A stretch of 64,000 nucleotides of DNA from Felis catus (GCF_018350175.1 NC_058368.1:114826001-114890000), one strand, 5' to 3'. Shown: positions 1-13,045, numbered from the stretch's first letter. Notes: generated from the letters alone by a model not told the origin. Program-made: numbers and translations.

Positions 1-960
1 TAATCGTGTTGGCATCACCACTGGTCTGCATGCTGCTGGGTCTGAGAGCCACGTCTCAGCAAGGTTGACCGCTACTTCCATCTTGAAACTTCTCTCCTCT
101 TAGTTTCTTGGACACCACATTCTCCTGGTTTTCTACCTCACTGACCACTTCTTCTCAGTCTTCTATGCCGGCTCCTTCTCTTCCACAAACCACTAAATAT
201 TGAACAGCCCCAGAGCTCAACCTAGTACCCCTTCTATTCTCTATCTACATCTAGTCCCTAGGCTGGTTTTCTATGACTGCCAAATTAATATCTCCAAAGC
301 AGACCTCTCTTCTGAACGTCATCCTTATATACCTATCGGCCCACTTAACATCCCCTTTCACGAGGCTTTATAGGTTGAATTGTCTCCCCAAAATATATGT
401 TGAAGTCCTAACCTCTTGTACCTATGAATATGACCTTTTTTGGAAATAAGGTCTTTGCAGATATAATCAAGTTAAGATTAGGTCATAATGGGTTACGGTG
501 GCCCTACAGTCAGTATGACTGGTATCCTTATAAGAAGAGGAGAAGACATAAAGACAAGAGACACACAGGGAGAATGCTTTGTGAATACAGAGGCAGATAT
601 TGGAATGACGTATCCATAGGCCATGGATTGCTGGCAATGCGAAGATCTAGGAGAGAGACATGGAACAGATTCTTCCTCAGAGCAGCCAGAAGGAACCAAA
701 CTTACTGACGCCTTGGTTTCAGACTTCAGACCTCCAGAACTGTGAGAGGATACATTTCTGTTTTTTAAACCACCCAATTTGTGGTCATTTATTACAGCAA
801 CCCTAAGAAACTGCTACTACATCTAATCAGCATCTCAAATTTAATGTGATCAGAATAGAACTCTTATCCCCACCATGCCCTAATCCATTCCTCCCCTAGC
901 CTTTCCCCTAAACCCTCCTTCCACCCTGACCCCTGGCCTCCTTTCCATATAGTAACCAGA
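1..960 (+). mobile_element. LINE2 (L2) fossil, split by an MLT1 LTR; continues at about 2285-2600 after the L1 insertion
   Basis: Pyrimidine-rich L2-type text (CTTGAAACTTCTCTCCTCTTAGTTTCTTGGACACCACATTCTCCTGGTTTTCTACCTC; CATCTCAAATTTAATGTG). Confidence 0.7.
368..820 (+). mobile_element. MaLR solo LTR, MLT1B/C-like
   Basis: Hallmark blocks GGTTGAATTGT..CCCCAAAAT..ATGTTGAAGTCCTAACC, GGAAATAAGGTCTTTGCAGAT, CCTCCAGAACTGTGAGA, ACAGCAACCCTAAGAAACT. Confidence 0.85.
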
Positions 961-969
961 GTTTTCTTG

Positions 970-2280
970 TTTTTTTAAGTTTTTATTTAAATTCTAGTTA
1001 GTTAGCATATAGTGTAATAATGATTTCAGGAATAGAATGTGATTCATCATTTTCATATAACACCCCAGTACTCATCCCAACAAGTGCCCTCCTTAATGCC
1101 CATCATAAATCTAGCCCTTCCCCCCACCCACCTCCCGCCATCAACCCTGTTTGTTCTCTATAGTTAAGAGTCTCTTATGATTTGCTTCCCTTTCTTTTTC
1201 CCCTTCCCCTATGTTCATCTGGTTTGTTTCTTAAATTCTTCATATGAGTAAAATCATATGGTGTTTGTATTTCTCTGACTGATTTGTTTTGCTTAGCATA
1301 ATACACTCTAGCTCCATCCACACTGTTACAAATGGCAAGATTTCATTAATTTTTTTACATTTTTTTTTAAAACTTTAGAGACCACATCCACATGAATAGG
1401 GGAAAGGGGCAGAGAGAGAAAGAGAGAAAGAGAATCTTAAGCAAGCTCTGTGCTCAGTGTAGAGCCAGACGCAGGGCTTGATCCCATGACCCTGGGATCC
1501 TGACCTGAGCCAAAATTAAGAGTTGGTTGCTCAATCGACTGAGCCACTCAGGTGCCCCAAGATTTCATTCTTTTTGATCCCTGAGTAATATTCTACTGTC
1601 TATATGAACCACATCTTCTTTATCCATCCATCAGTCAATGGACATTTGGGCTCTTTCCTTACTTTGGCTTTGTTGACAATGCTACTATAAACCTTGGGGT
1701 GCATGTGTCCCCTCAAATCAGTAGTTTGGGCAAATACCTAGTAGTACAGTTACTGGGTTATAGGATAGTTTTGTTTTTAACTTTTTGAGGAACCTCCACA
1801 CTGTTCTCCAGAGTAGCTGCACCTGTTGGTGTGCATTCCCAGCAACAGTGTAAGAGGTTCCCCTTTCTCTCCATCCTGGCCAACAGCTGTTGTTTCCTGT
1901 GTTGTTAATTTTAGCTATTCTGACTGATTCGAGGTGGTTCTCATTGTACTTTTGATTTGTATTTCCCTAATGATGAGTAATGTTGAGCATTTTTCGTGTG
2001 TCCATCAGCCACCTGGATGTTCTCTTTGGAAAAAAGTCTATTCATGTCTTCTGCCCATTTCTTCACCGGATTATTTGTTTTTTGGGTGTTGAGTTTTGGT
2101 AAGTTCTTTATAGATTTTGGATACTAACCCTTCATCAGATATGTCACTTGCAAATATCTTCTCCCATTTTGTAGATTGCCTTTTAGTTTTGTTGATTGTT
2201 TCCTTTGCTGTGCAGAAGCTTTTTATCTTGATGAAGTCCCAATAGTTCATTTTTGCTTTTGTTTTCCTTGTCTCCAGAGG
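970..2280 (-). mobile_element. 5'-truncated carnivore L1 (3' UTR plus ORF2 end)
   Basis: T-rich tail at left, then antisense L1 text (CAAATGGCAAGATTTCATT, AACTTTTTGAGGAACCTCCA, GCTGTGCAGAAGCTTTTTATCTTGATGAAGTCCC). Confidence 0.9.
1355..1558 (-). mobile_element. CAN-SINE inserted in L1
   Basis: Reverse SINE head (GAGCCACTCAGGTGCCCC); target duplication CAAGATTTCATT on both sides. Confidence 0.9.
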
Positions 2281-2766
2281 CGACCAGTGTTCTTTTTAAA
2301 ACATAAGTTAGATGATCTCTGTTGTTTCAAACCCTTCAAAGGCTTTCCACAGTCCTTTGAATGCAATAAAAGTTCCATATCTTGGCCTACAAGATCCTTT
2401 GTGATCTGGCCCCTGCATCCTCTTGGTTGTCATCTCTTACTGTTCTTTTCTTGGCTCACTGTTCTCCACCCACACTGGCTCCTTTCTGTTTCTTGAACAA
2501 ACTCATTCATCACTTGGGACCTCTGCACTGAGTATTTGCTCTCTCTGGAGCATAGATGTGTCCAAATTGACCTTTCCTGACCACCTAACATAAAGAGGAC
2601 CCAGTCTCTAAGTGTTAGTTCCTTCATGGGAGAGCATGTTCCTGTGTGTTGAGTCCATGGCTCCAGTCCCTGTAACCTTGGTTCTGGGCTTCCTTTGACT
2701 CTCTGATTAGAATTCTCCCAAGTCTGTGAATCAGTGCATTCAGTTTTTGTTTAAGAATTTGAGAGA

Positions 2767-2979
2767 GGGGCACCTGGATGGCTCAGTCGGTTGAGCGTCC
2801 GACTTCGGCTCAGGTCATGATCTCGTGGTTTGTGAGTTTGAGTCCCGTGTTGAGCTCTGTGCTGTGACAGTTCGGAGCCTGGAGCCCAATTCGGATTTTG
2901 TGTCTCCCTCTCTCTCTGCCCCTTCCCCACTCGTGCTCTCTCAAAAATGAATAAACGTTAAAAAAATAAAAAAAAAAAG
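2767..2979 (+). mobile_element. CAN-SINE
   Basis: GGGGCACCTGGATGGCTCAGTCGG head, CT tract, A tail, TSD AGAATTTGAGAGAG. Confidence 0.92.
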
Positions 2980-5319
2980 AGAATTTGAGAGAGATTTCTG
3001 ACACTTTCAGTAGAAAGTCCTACCTAATCAAAAGCTAAGCCTAGTCTCTACAAAGGACCCCATCCCAAGGAACGCTATTTGTTTGTCCAGGCCCTTCCTG
3101 TGCAAGAAGCCCTGCTGGCTTTAGATTAGCATCTTCAAACTTTCTTTTTTCTCTTTTTAAAAAAAAATTGTTTTTGCCATCTTCCAACTTTCTATCCTGT
3201 GATAGGAAAAGGCCGTTTCCAGCTTCTACCAAGAGAAGAGGGAAGCTGAGCTCACAGTTATCTACTAAATGTCTTCACCCCACCAACCAGCTGTCAGAGT
3301 TTCCCTGACCCTTGTCTCCTTGCAGAGTGAGGAGGAAGCAGAGCAAGATGGAAGAATGTAGAGAGAAAGGAGCCTCAGGGATGTGTCCGTGTGATCTGCA
3401 GTTTGCTACCAACCCCAAAGTGTTGAAAAGAGCTCTGTAGCACCTTGTGATGATGATCACAATTGCATTTACTGGGCACATTCTGGATGCCAAGCACCAT
3501 GTTAGGACTTTAATAATAATAGCTCATCAACTGCTACCGTTAGGGGAGTGCGGTCTCTGGACCAGGCACAGTGCTAGGCGCTCTAGAAACTGTAGAACAC
3601 CTATTTCTCACAACATTTTTCTGAGGTAGATATTGCTATCCCCACCCAACAGATGTAGAAACAGATTCAGTGAGCAGAAGGGACTTGCCAGGTGGTTTCT
3701 ACTGCAAAGCTGTGATCTTCCTTCTGCATGGCATTGCCTCTTTGCTAAACCTCCTGACACCTGATTCCCAGAGTAAGAACAACCTGTGACTCACTGCAGG
3801 TACTAGGACCTGCAACTCTCCTGTTTCAGCCAGTGAGTCACCAGAATGAGGACCTGCACCCCAGGAATCTGACCCCAAGGAGCTGTCTCCAGCCCTTTTT
3901 CGGCAGTGCTTTGGAGGAAGATATTAAAGCCTGAGTCACTTCCCTGGGAACTTCCTTGCAGAGACTGTCCCCAGAAGAAGATATTGCAGGATTCTGAGCT
4001 GGACTGTGCAGGGGGCTGATTCCTGCCAACCGCCAGAGGTGATTTGCCTCTGCCTGTTCACGTCACTGCAGCAAGGGTAGGCTTGGGGCAGTGTCCCAGC
4101 GGGAGCTTCTCCAGATGCGGACAGGCCTGGTCAGGAGCTGCCGGGGTAAGACAAGTACCATGTATAGTAGGCCCCTGGGGGTGGAGGTCTGGGAAGGGGA
4201 TGGAGTGGGCATATGACACCAAGAAAATGATTCTTAAGGCCTCCTCCTAGGGGCCTACACAGAATGGCAATCTGAGATTCTGTGGGTCAGGGTTGAGGCC
4301 ATATTAGTGAAAGGCCTTCAGCCTGACCCCCCTGTAGAGGACAGTGAGGCCACTGGTGTGAGCACATGCCATGGCCAAGAACTCAGCAGGGATTTGGCAG
4401 GCAAGTGTCAGGAGCCACAGGCTGGATATTGGCACAGACCTGAGGGTCCAGAGAGAGCCCTGCATGGCATGTTGGTGATGGAAGACTTTTAGGGACCTGG
4501 ATTCCAGCCTCCTTATTGAACAGATGTAGAAACCACAGCCCTGGTAGGGGAGGTGAGCTGCTTCAGGTCCCATAGCAAATCAGTAATAGAGCTGGCACCT
4601 TCCACATCCTGTACCTCCAGGTGAGAAAGTCCCCATCTCTTCCTTGCTCTAACACTAAAAATAGGACAGGAAATACAGGAGGGGAGCAGTATTTAGCATG
4701 GCTGCTTTGGGAGGGCCCCTGTGTTTGAGCCCATGTGATGTCCCCTGAGTATCCCTGGAAAGCCAAGTTGGCATTCCGAGTTGTGTGAGTGTGGTTCACT
4801 CTTGTGCCAGTCACACACCAGCCCACCTCCAAACACAGAAGGGTGTTCCTCAAACCCTCTGGGCACAGCGTCTTTGCCTGTGATTTTCCTCTGATGATAT
4901 CTTGTTTTGCCAACTAAATTAAGACTATGACAGAGAACAGAGACTACCTCTAGCAGTTTAGTTCAATTAAGATTTCACATCAACAAATTAAAATGCATTC
5001 TCACCGTCTGCAAAGTAAATCTGCCTGCATTTAGAAGGAGGCTCTGACATTTGCTGTTCAGACACCTTAGCCAATGTGAGCTGCATGTCAAAGAGGACCC
5101 ACCCCTTCTGGGACTGGTTTGGGGGTGTAGAGCCAGGGCTCGTCTCCAGGGACCTACTGCTCTGGGCCAGGGCTTCCCAGTCATGAGTGTGAGGACTAGG
5201 CTGAAACTCCAGTAAAGTTTTCACTGGTTCTCTGTAAAATGATAAAAACGAGAAGAATGTAGTCACATTTACCATAAATCTAAACCAGTGCCAACTAAAG
5301 GACTATCAACAAATACTTC

Positions 5320-5546
5320 TTTTTTTTTTAATGTTTTAATTTTATTTTTGAGAGAGAGAGAGAGAGAGAGAGAGACAGAATGTGAGCAGGGGAGGGGCAG
5401 AGAGAGAGACACACACAGAATCTGAAGCATGATCCAGGCTGTGAGCCATCAGCACAGAGCCCGATGTGGGGCTTGAACTCTCAAACTGCAAGATCATGAC
5501 CTGAGCCAAAGTTGTCACTTAACTGACTGAGCCACCCAGGCATCCC
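5320..5546 (-). mobile_element. CAN-SINE
   Basis: T tail, (GA)n, reverse head; TSD CAACAAATACTTCTT. Confidence 0.92.
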
Positions 5547-6480
5547 AACAAATACTTCTTGAGTGCGTAATTCATCGGTAACTCTTCAAGGGACCGAGGA
5601 TACACCAATGAACAAAACAGACCAAAATCCTGGCTCTTCTAGAGCTTTCTTCTGTGGGGGAAAGACAGACAATAGACAATACAAATGGATGAAATGCACA
5701 ATCAGAGAGTGAGAACAGCTATGGGGAAAAAATAAAAGTAGGACAGAGGATAGGGAGTACAGAGGGCAAAAGGATTTGTAATTTTATTTTATTTTTTAAA
5801 TATTTTATTTTTTTTTAATGTTTAATTATTTTTGAGAAAGTGAGAGAGTGAGCAGAGGGATGAGGTGGGGGGTGGGGTGCAGAAGATTTGAAGCAGGCTC
5901 TGTGCTGACAGCAGAAAGACTGATGTGGGGCTTGAACTCATGAATTATGAGATCATGACCTGAGCTGAAGTCAGATGCTTAACCAACTAAGCCATCCACA
6001 TGCCCCAGGATTTATAATTTTATTTTATTTTTTTTCAGGATTTATAATTTTAAATAGGGAATTTGGGAAGGTCTCCATGAGAAGGTGACAATTGAGTCAA
6101 GTCCTGGAAATGTGGGGAGTGATTGATGTAGATTTGGGAGGTGTGGGAGGCAGCACTTGGGGCAGGGAGTGCAACGGCTACTGGGGGATTGGTGGGTGTG
6201 TGTATGGCGAATGCTGAATGAGCAGGAGCCAGGAAGAGGAGAGGATGTTGGAGCAACAGGGCTGGAGGCCTGGAGGCCATTGTACAGCCTTCAGATGATT
6301 CTCTTACTGAACAGGAAGCCAGCACAGGGTTGGAGCAGAGAAGAGGCTTTGTTTTCAAAATGAACAGGATGGCTGTGGCTGCTCTGTGGAGCACAGACAG
6401 AAGGAAGGCAAGGCTGGGACCAGGGAGAAGACCCAACAGGAGACTATTGTGTTACCTGAAGTGAGTTATGGTGATGGCCA
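5547..6480 (-). mobile_element. L2 fossil (3' region), interrupted by a SINE
   Basis: Antisense L2 motifs: AACAAATACTTCTTGAG, TGAACAAAACAGACCAAAATCC, GGGAAGGTCTCCATGAGAAGGTGACAATTGAG. Confidence 0.65.
5790..6007 (-). mobile_element. CAN-SINE
   Basis: GAGATCATGACCTGAGCTGAAGTCAGATGCTTAACC; TSD AGGATTT(G/A)TAATTTT. Confidence 0.88.
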
Positions 6481-6957
6481 GAGTGACAGCTGAGGAACTG
6501 AGGGACACATCGGCTCAAAATACTTGATACCAGTAAGCATTTAAGGGCAGAAGCCCCTTGAGATCTTTGCCAAGTGCCGAATCTGTGCCACTCTTAAAGC
6601 CCTCAAGTCCTTAGTAGTGGCACATAGACTGTCCACAATGTGGTCTCCAAAAAGTGGACGTTTTCCTCTGTAAAATTAGATGGATGATATTTTCTTTCTA
6701 TACAAGGCAGGTAAAGAGTGTTTTCTCCATGAATATTGGAACAGAATTAGAATGGAAGTCCCATGAGGGCAGGTACTGTGCCCACATCCTGTTCTCAGAT
6801 CTTCCCCAGCACCTATTTCAAGGGCCAGGACATGAGTACCCCCCAAATACTTGTTGAATGAGTGAATAAGCACCCTTTCTCCCACATTTTAGGTAGGAAT
6901 TAAAACAGATTGAATAAACTCGGAAAATGTTACCTTAAAAAAAATAACTCAGAGGGC

Positions 6958-7182
6958 TTTTTAAAAATATTTATGTATTTATTTTGAGAAAGAGAGAGGA
7001 AGAGAGACAGACAGACAGACAGAGACAGCGTGAGTGGGGGATGGGCAATGAGAGAGGGAGAGAATCCCAAGCAGGCTCTGAGCTGTCAGTGCAGAGCCGG
7101 ATGTGGGGCTTGATCCCACAAACCATAAGATCATGACCTGAGCAAAAATCAAGAGTCAGACACTTAATGCCCAGGTACCCCC
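6958..7182 (-). mobile_element. CAN-SINE
   Basis: Reverse SINE body; TSD CAGAGGGCT. Confidence 0.88.
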
Positions 7183-7246
7183 AGAGGGCTATTTGTAGGT
7201 AGAGTTTTTCATTTTTGTTTTGTTTTCTCTAAATATAAAGAATTGT

Positions 7247-7361
7247 GGGGGCACCTGGTTGGCTCAGTTGGTGGAGCATGCAATTCTTGATCTCAGGGTT
7301 GTGAGTTCGAGTCCCACATTGGGTACAGAGATTACTTAAAAAAAAAAATCTTAAAAAAAAA
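7247..7361 (+). mobile_element. Short, old CAN-SINE (no CT tract)
   Basis: GGGGCACCTGGTTGGCTCAGTTGGTGGAGCATG...GGGTACAGAGATTACTTAAAA; TSD AAGAATTGT. Confidence 0.88.
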
Positions 7362-8004
7362 AGAATTGTCATTACATAGATTAGGTTTTTGCTTCTAAAG
7401 GATTTGGGTAACTTAGGGGTTGTTTCTTGGTCTATCCCTTCCTCTTCTTTTCTGTTTCCGTTCTCCCACTTCCTCTGTAATCTGAATTGGCCGTCATGTA
7501 AAACCAAGTAGAGTCTTATGCTTCCTGTTTCTACTATTTAAAGTGGGTAAGTGGAATGTTTTTGATTTCCATCTCTTAGAAAAACCCAAGAAGTAAATTA
7601 AATTCTTTTTTACTTGTGTAACTTTCAATTGATTTTTCTCTCACTGTGTGTCAGCATTTCCACTTTCTGAGGCTCAGAAGTTGATACCACTTCCTGGTGA
7701 GAAGGAAAACACACCCAACATGCTACTCTGAACTGCCTACCACTTCAGACTTCTCCCCTATTTAACTTGCATCGTAATTTGCATAGATCTACATATGTTA
7801 TGCAATCATCCTACTCTCTTACATTTATGCCTAAAATAATTTTTGCTTTTATGGTGTTTTTCTTCTCTGCTGCCTTCTTCATTTCTTACTGGTCTTGAGA
7901 TTGAGATTTTTGTGAGAGGAATCAATGAAAGGTCAAAGAGACAGATGCACTACCCAAACAGCCATAGAGGAGACAAAGACTAGGGAGCAGCATGGTGAAA
8001 TTGT

Positions 8005-8370
8005 CTCTTATTAATTCCCCAAATGTTCACTGTGCACCTACTATGTACTAGGCTATGTGCCAGGTGCTAGGAATACAGCAGTGAGCAAGCCAGGCACAGT
8101 TCTTACTCACATGGAGCTCATGTTCTATTGAGGAAAAGAGACAATAAACAAGTAAACACATAAATAAACACATAATTTTTAATACTAATATGTGCTAAAA
8201 TGAAAACATAGTGACTGGAAAACTGGTTTAGATTGGGTAGTTCATAGAAAGTCATTCTGGAAGTGACATTTGAGCTGAGGCCTGAAGTAATAAGGAGGGT
8301 GGAACAGTTTCCCAGACAGTGGGAATAGCCTTGAAATGAGAATGAGCTTGGAGAGCGTGAGGAACAGAAA
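8005..8370 (-). mobile_element. L2 fossil
   Basis: CACCTACTATGTACTAGGC..GGTGCTAGGAATACAGCAGTGAGCAAG, GTGACATTTGAGCTGAGGCCTGAAG. Confidence 0.75.
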
Positions 8371-8396
8371 GGAATTTTATCATTTAGCATTCTTTT

Positions 8397-8610
8397 TTTT
8401 TTTTTTTCAACGTTTATTTATTTTTGGGACAGAGAGAGACAGAGCATGAACAGGGGAGGGGCAGAGAGAGAGGGAGACACAGAATCGGAAACAGGCTCCA
8501 GGCTCTGAGCCATCAGCCCAGAGCCTGACGTGGGGCTCGAACTCACGGACCGCGAGATCGTGACCTGGCTGAAGTCGGACGCCCAACCGACTGTGCCACC
8601 CAGGCACCCC
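8397..8610 (-). mobile_element. Young felid-type CAN-SINE (SINEC_Fc-like)
   Basis: CpG-intact body (GGACCGCGAGATCGTGACCTGGCTGAAGTCGGACG); perfect TSD CATTTAGCATTCTTTT. Confidence 0.95.
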
Positions 8611-9340
8611 CATTTAGCATTCTTTTAATGGGAATAAAGAGAAGTAGCCACAATTCAAAATGGCACAATAAGAAGAAATTTTATTACCTCACGTAAAGAA
8701 GCCTGGGAGCAGGATGGGTAGGGTTCCTAAGGATGTTTTTTTTTTTCTTTTAATGTTGATTTTTGAGAGAGAGAGAATACCCATGCGCAAGTGGGGGAAG
8801 GACAGAAAGAGGGAGACAGAGGATCCAAAGCAGGCTCCATGTTGACAGCAGAGAGCACTCTGTGGGTGGGGCTCGAACCCATGGAACTGCAAGATCATGA
8901 CCTGAGCCAAAGTCAGATTCTTAATGGACTGAGCCACCCAGGCACCCCTAAGGGTGGTTAATTTAGGAAATGAACATCACTTAGGGCCAAAATACTGCCT
9001 TCTTTCTGCTCAGCCATCCTCTTGTGCTGACTTTTTCTAGATGCCAAGATGGCTGCCAAAATTCCAACTCTGTACAACTTCCTCATCCTCAGTGAACAGA
9101 GGCAGAGAGAAGAGGGCTAACCTTTCCCTTTTCAGAACAGGGAAGCTCTTCCCCTGTCTCAATGCAGATTTCCCTTCACATGTCATAACAGTAAAATTTC
9201 ACCACATGGCCGTTCCCAAACTGGTCATTTTAGGGGATGAATGACTCAGATTTGTTGAGAGTTGGGCAGGAGAACAACATACCTTCTAATGAACTTCATT
9301 GAAGTACCAATGCTCCCAATTTCTGACAAAAACCAGGCTT
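8611..9340 (-). mobile_element. Old MaLR LTR (MLT1J/K-like), interrupted by a SINE
   Basis: CTCAGCCATCCTC, CCAAGATGGCTGCC, CAGATTTCCCTTCACATGTCAT, CACATGGCCGTTCCCAAAC resemble antisense MLT1K. Confidence 0.5.
8736..8948 (-). mobile_element. CAN-SINE
   Basis: Reverse body ending GAGCCACCCAGGCACCCC; TSD CCTAAGG. Confidence 0.88.
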
Positions 9341-12079
9341 CTGAGAGTGAAACTAGGCTTATGTGAGCAAGGAAGAAGTGGGGAATGGTTGACTGTAAGT
9401 TGGTGCTCAAGAATATACGCCTCAGGAGGCCGGTGTGGCCAGAGCGCTCGTATAGAGGTGATGTAGATGGAATTGAGGAAATGCAGAGTCTGTTTTAGGT
9501 TCTTCAAATGTAATTTTTCAGAACCATGTTAGTCTCTATAGGCCTTACCCCATTTTGCACCAATTACCCCCTCCAGCACGGTCCCTACCCCTGGCCCTCA
9601 GGTATCAGACACTGACTCCAATGCTAGTTGATGATACTGGGTAAGTCAGTTCTTTTTCTTAAGTCTTAGTTTCGTTATCTACAGACATGACACGACAATA
9701 TTTGTCCTGCTGGTGTGTCAGGGAGGTTGTAAAGATCAAATGGCAGAATATCTGCATGTCCTTTGACGTGTGCCATAGTTATTATTATTGCTATTAGTGT
9801 CATTCATCTTCCAAGAGAAACAAAGGGGTTTTAAATTCTGAACAGTCACATCCTCCAGCTTCCTGGGAAGGGACAGCTGTCATTTTGGAAAGCTGTGTAC
9901 TCTAAGAAGGTATGGGGGACAGCCTTGGGAACCCTTTTGCTCTTTGTTCCCCTTGATCTTTCCTCTACATCACCAACACCCTCTTCCCCACCAACAGCTT
10001 TTTGTGCTTCACCTCAGAGATGTCCTTAGAAATAAGCTGGGCTGATGTCTGATGTCCAATACAATGCAAGCTAAAGCTGGCTGAGTTATTATCTTTTTTC
10101 CTTGATAAAAAGAGTGAATGTATTTTCATTACTGGCAGAGTGCTTTTAGCCGGTGCAGACAATTAAACCTTGGAAATGTAGCAATCCATTTCACACTGAG
10201 AAGAGATTTGAGGGATGACTTTCAGCAAACACCCAGGCCCTGGAGGGACCAAAAATGTGGCCACTGTGCCCAACAATAAAAAGCTATAGAGTCTTTGTGG
10301 TAATAAAGTAAAGCAACTCCCCACTGTCCCCAGGCAATTTGCCCCATAGAGGTATGCTGCTCTTGGTCGTGCTGTGGGCATGAGAGCTGTGAACCTGACA
10401 CTTTCCACACATACCTCCAGACCCTTCTCAGCCATCCTCCTCCTGGTTCTTCCTGGGGGAAGGCCGGCAGGAGGAGTTCCATATTATGGGCAGTGGCTTC
10501 TACCAAATGTTACCTTTTAGGTTCAGACACTCTGCATGACTTTTCTTCATGATCTTTTGATCATCTCCCTCACCTCTCAAGTTAGAACCAATGTCCAAAG
10601 CACCAGATCTCTGAGACCAACAGGTTGTCCATTCCAAAGCTACTGGATCAGTGGAGCTGCTCTCCTCCAGGGCATGACAACTCTCCTCCCTCCTTCCCAC
10701 ACTTCTTTCTTTTTTCTGCTGTTTGGTTCCTTCTTTCTTAAATGATCAATTAGCAACTCTCATTTCCAACCCCTAGAAGCAGAGGTGAGATGACCACTCC
10801 CCATCTTCCCTGTCCCAACCCAAAGTGAAGGAAAGGGTCTTAAGCTGCAGATTCTTGGAAGCAACAAATTTGCTTGTAGTATGGCTTATCTGGCTACACA
10901 TCTGTCTCCTCACTTATACTTAGATCAGCTGGGGCCACCTCCACCTCTGCCTCTTCTGCAGCCAGCCCAGTGCCTGGGATAGGCAGCTCTCCTGATGTTT
11001 GACAAATGAGTCAATGAATGAACAAAACCACCTATGGGTTTGTTTATTTCTCATGGCTTTATCTTTTTGTTCTGTCCAGCACCCACAGCTCCCCCCATTA
11101 TAACTTTATAATTAGAAATTACTTCTGAGATGCAGGGACTGAGTATCAGTGGAATGATAGCAATCTGGTCTATTATTACAATTTTTTTCTTAAACCACTT
11201 AAGCTCTAGTTTCCCTCCTGTTTACCGTTAGAAGGGATCCCTAATCAGTTGTGAACTTTTGCCTGCCTGGAGGAAGTAAGAGGAGAGGGATGAGGTGGTT
11301 GTCCAAGCTTATTATCTTCTCCATTACTCAGGCGTGTTCCCCGGAGCTTTTGCATGATTTTATTTTAATGCTGTTATTTGTATTAGGCGGGTCTCCAGCT
11401 CAGCCAGGCCAAAAAAGGAGGTGGGGAAACCAGGGAGGAGCTGATGGAAAAATAAATGCCCTGAAGGTTCATGATGATCTGACCATGGCTTTAATATGAA
11501 GCAAATTTCTCTAACCTACTTTCCTACACTCAGCATTTCTGCTAGAAATAATTTGTAATTATCAAACTCCAGTTAGGCTAGAAGGCTCCTTGCAAAAGAC
11601 TTTGATGTGATTAGGGAAAGGCTTGGAAATATAATTTGCATGCTTCTGTCCTTTCTGCATATGACATTCCTGGAGAAGGCACCTTGTCCATCCTGGCAGG
11701 AGAAATTCCAAGGAGAGATAGGAGCTGGGAACCAGAATTCAGGGTCAGAACACCTGCTGCTCCAAGACTGGCCAAAGAATAAGATGCTTTCCTGGAACAT
11801 AATGAGCCTGAGAGATTTCCCATCTCAGTATTGAGAATTGAGAGTTAGTGAGTGGCCCAAAGTGAGACAATGGTATGTGCATGGTGACCAACAGCTGTGC
11901 CTAGCACTTCAGCATGAAGGCACTTTGGTAATTGCCCAGCACCCAGAATGGGTCATTCTAGAGGAGTCCTGGTCTTGCTCCTGGTTGAGAAATAGTGACA
12001 ATCCCCACTATCCCCTCTCACATCTTAATCCTTCAGCAATGCAACAGCTGAGTTAAGGAAGGACACAAGTTAAGCAAGA

Positions 12080-12720
12080 TATGGTGAAAAATACAAAATA
12101 TTGTTGAAAGAAATTAAAGAAAACCCAAATAAGTGGAAAGACATCCCATGTTCATGGAAGACTCAACATTGTTAAGATGACAGTACTCTCCAAAATAATC
12201 TACAGATTCAACTCAATTCCTAGAAAAATCCTAACTGCCTCACACCAAGAAAAAACTTAAACAAACTGAAAATCGACAATTTTTCTTAGATACCACAGAA
12301 ACTGAAGTCACAAGACAAACTATCACCCTGAAAATTGGAGAGACAGATGAATACAAATACAGTTTACCTGAAGCAGAAGATATTGGAGCCAGGAACCAAG
12401 AAGAATGAAGTACTGATGCATGCTACAGTATCAGTGAACCTTGGAAATAATATGCTAAGTGAAAGAAGCCAGTCACAAGACCACACATTATATGATTCCC
12501 TTGATATGAAATATCCAGAGAATGCAAATCCACAGAGACAGAAACTAGATTAATGGTGACCAGGGCTATGGTGAGTGGGAAATGAGAAGTGACTGCTAAT
12601 GGATACAGGTTTCTTTCTGGGGTGATGAAAATGTTCTAGTGTTAGATTGTGATGATGGTTGCACTGTTTTGTGACTATATTAAAAATTATTGAATTGTAC
12701 ATTTTAAAATAATAGTATGC
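12080..12720 (+). mobile_element. Old L1M (L1MB-like) mosaic fragment
   Basis: ORF2 text AAGTGGAAAGACATCCCATGTTCATGG and AATCTACAGATTCAA; 3' UTR text TGCTAAGTGAAAGAAGCCAGTCACAA, GGGGTGATGAAAATGTTCTA. Confidence 0.85.
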
Positions 12721-12938
12721 CGTGTTGAATTAAGCTAAGCAAAGATGATTTGAGATAGGAAGCCCAAATTTCCCATCAGATTCAACTTGTAGACCATCTT
12801 TGAGAACCAGAGCCTTTGTAGATCCCATCCTTTTACCTGCTCTCACTTCTCCACAAGGCACTCTCTGTGTTTTGCTGATTTGATAGGAAGTCTGGAGAAT
12901 GGAAAAAGAGTGAGGAAGGGGGCTGAAGCGAGGTATCT

Positions 12939-13045
12939 GGGGTGCCTGTCTGGCTCAGCAGGTAGAGCATGTGACTCATGATTTCAGGGTTGTGAGTTCA
13001 AGCCCAAGTTGGGTGTAGAGATTACTTAAAAAATAAAATCTTTGA
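12939..13045 (+). mobile_element. Short, old CAN-SINE
   Basis: GGGGTGCCTGTCTGGCTCAG...GGGTGTAGAGATTACTTAAAA. Confidence 0.85.

Noticed and set aside
2767..2850. tRNA-like A/B boxes at many positions
   Set aside because: Heads of tRNA-derived SINEs followed by CT tracts and A tails; no standalone tRNA gene seen.
8407..8613. Recurring ORFs such as GVPGWHSRLGVRLQPGHDLAVREFEP and MAQSVKRPTSAQVMIS
   Set aside because: Translations of CAN-SINE bodies, not a gene family.
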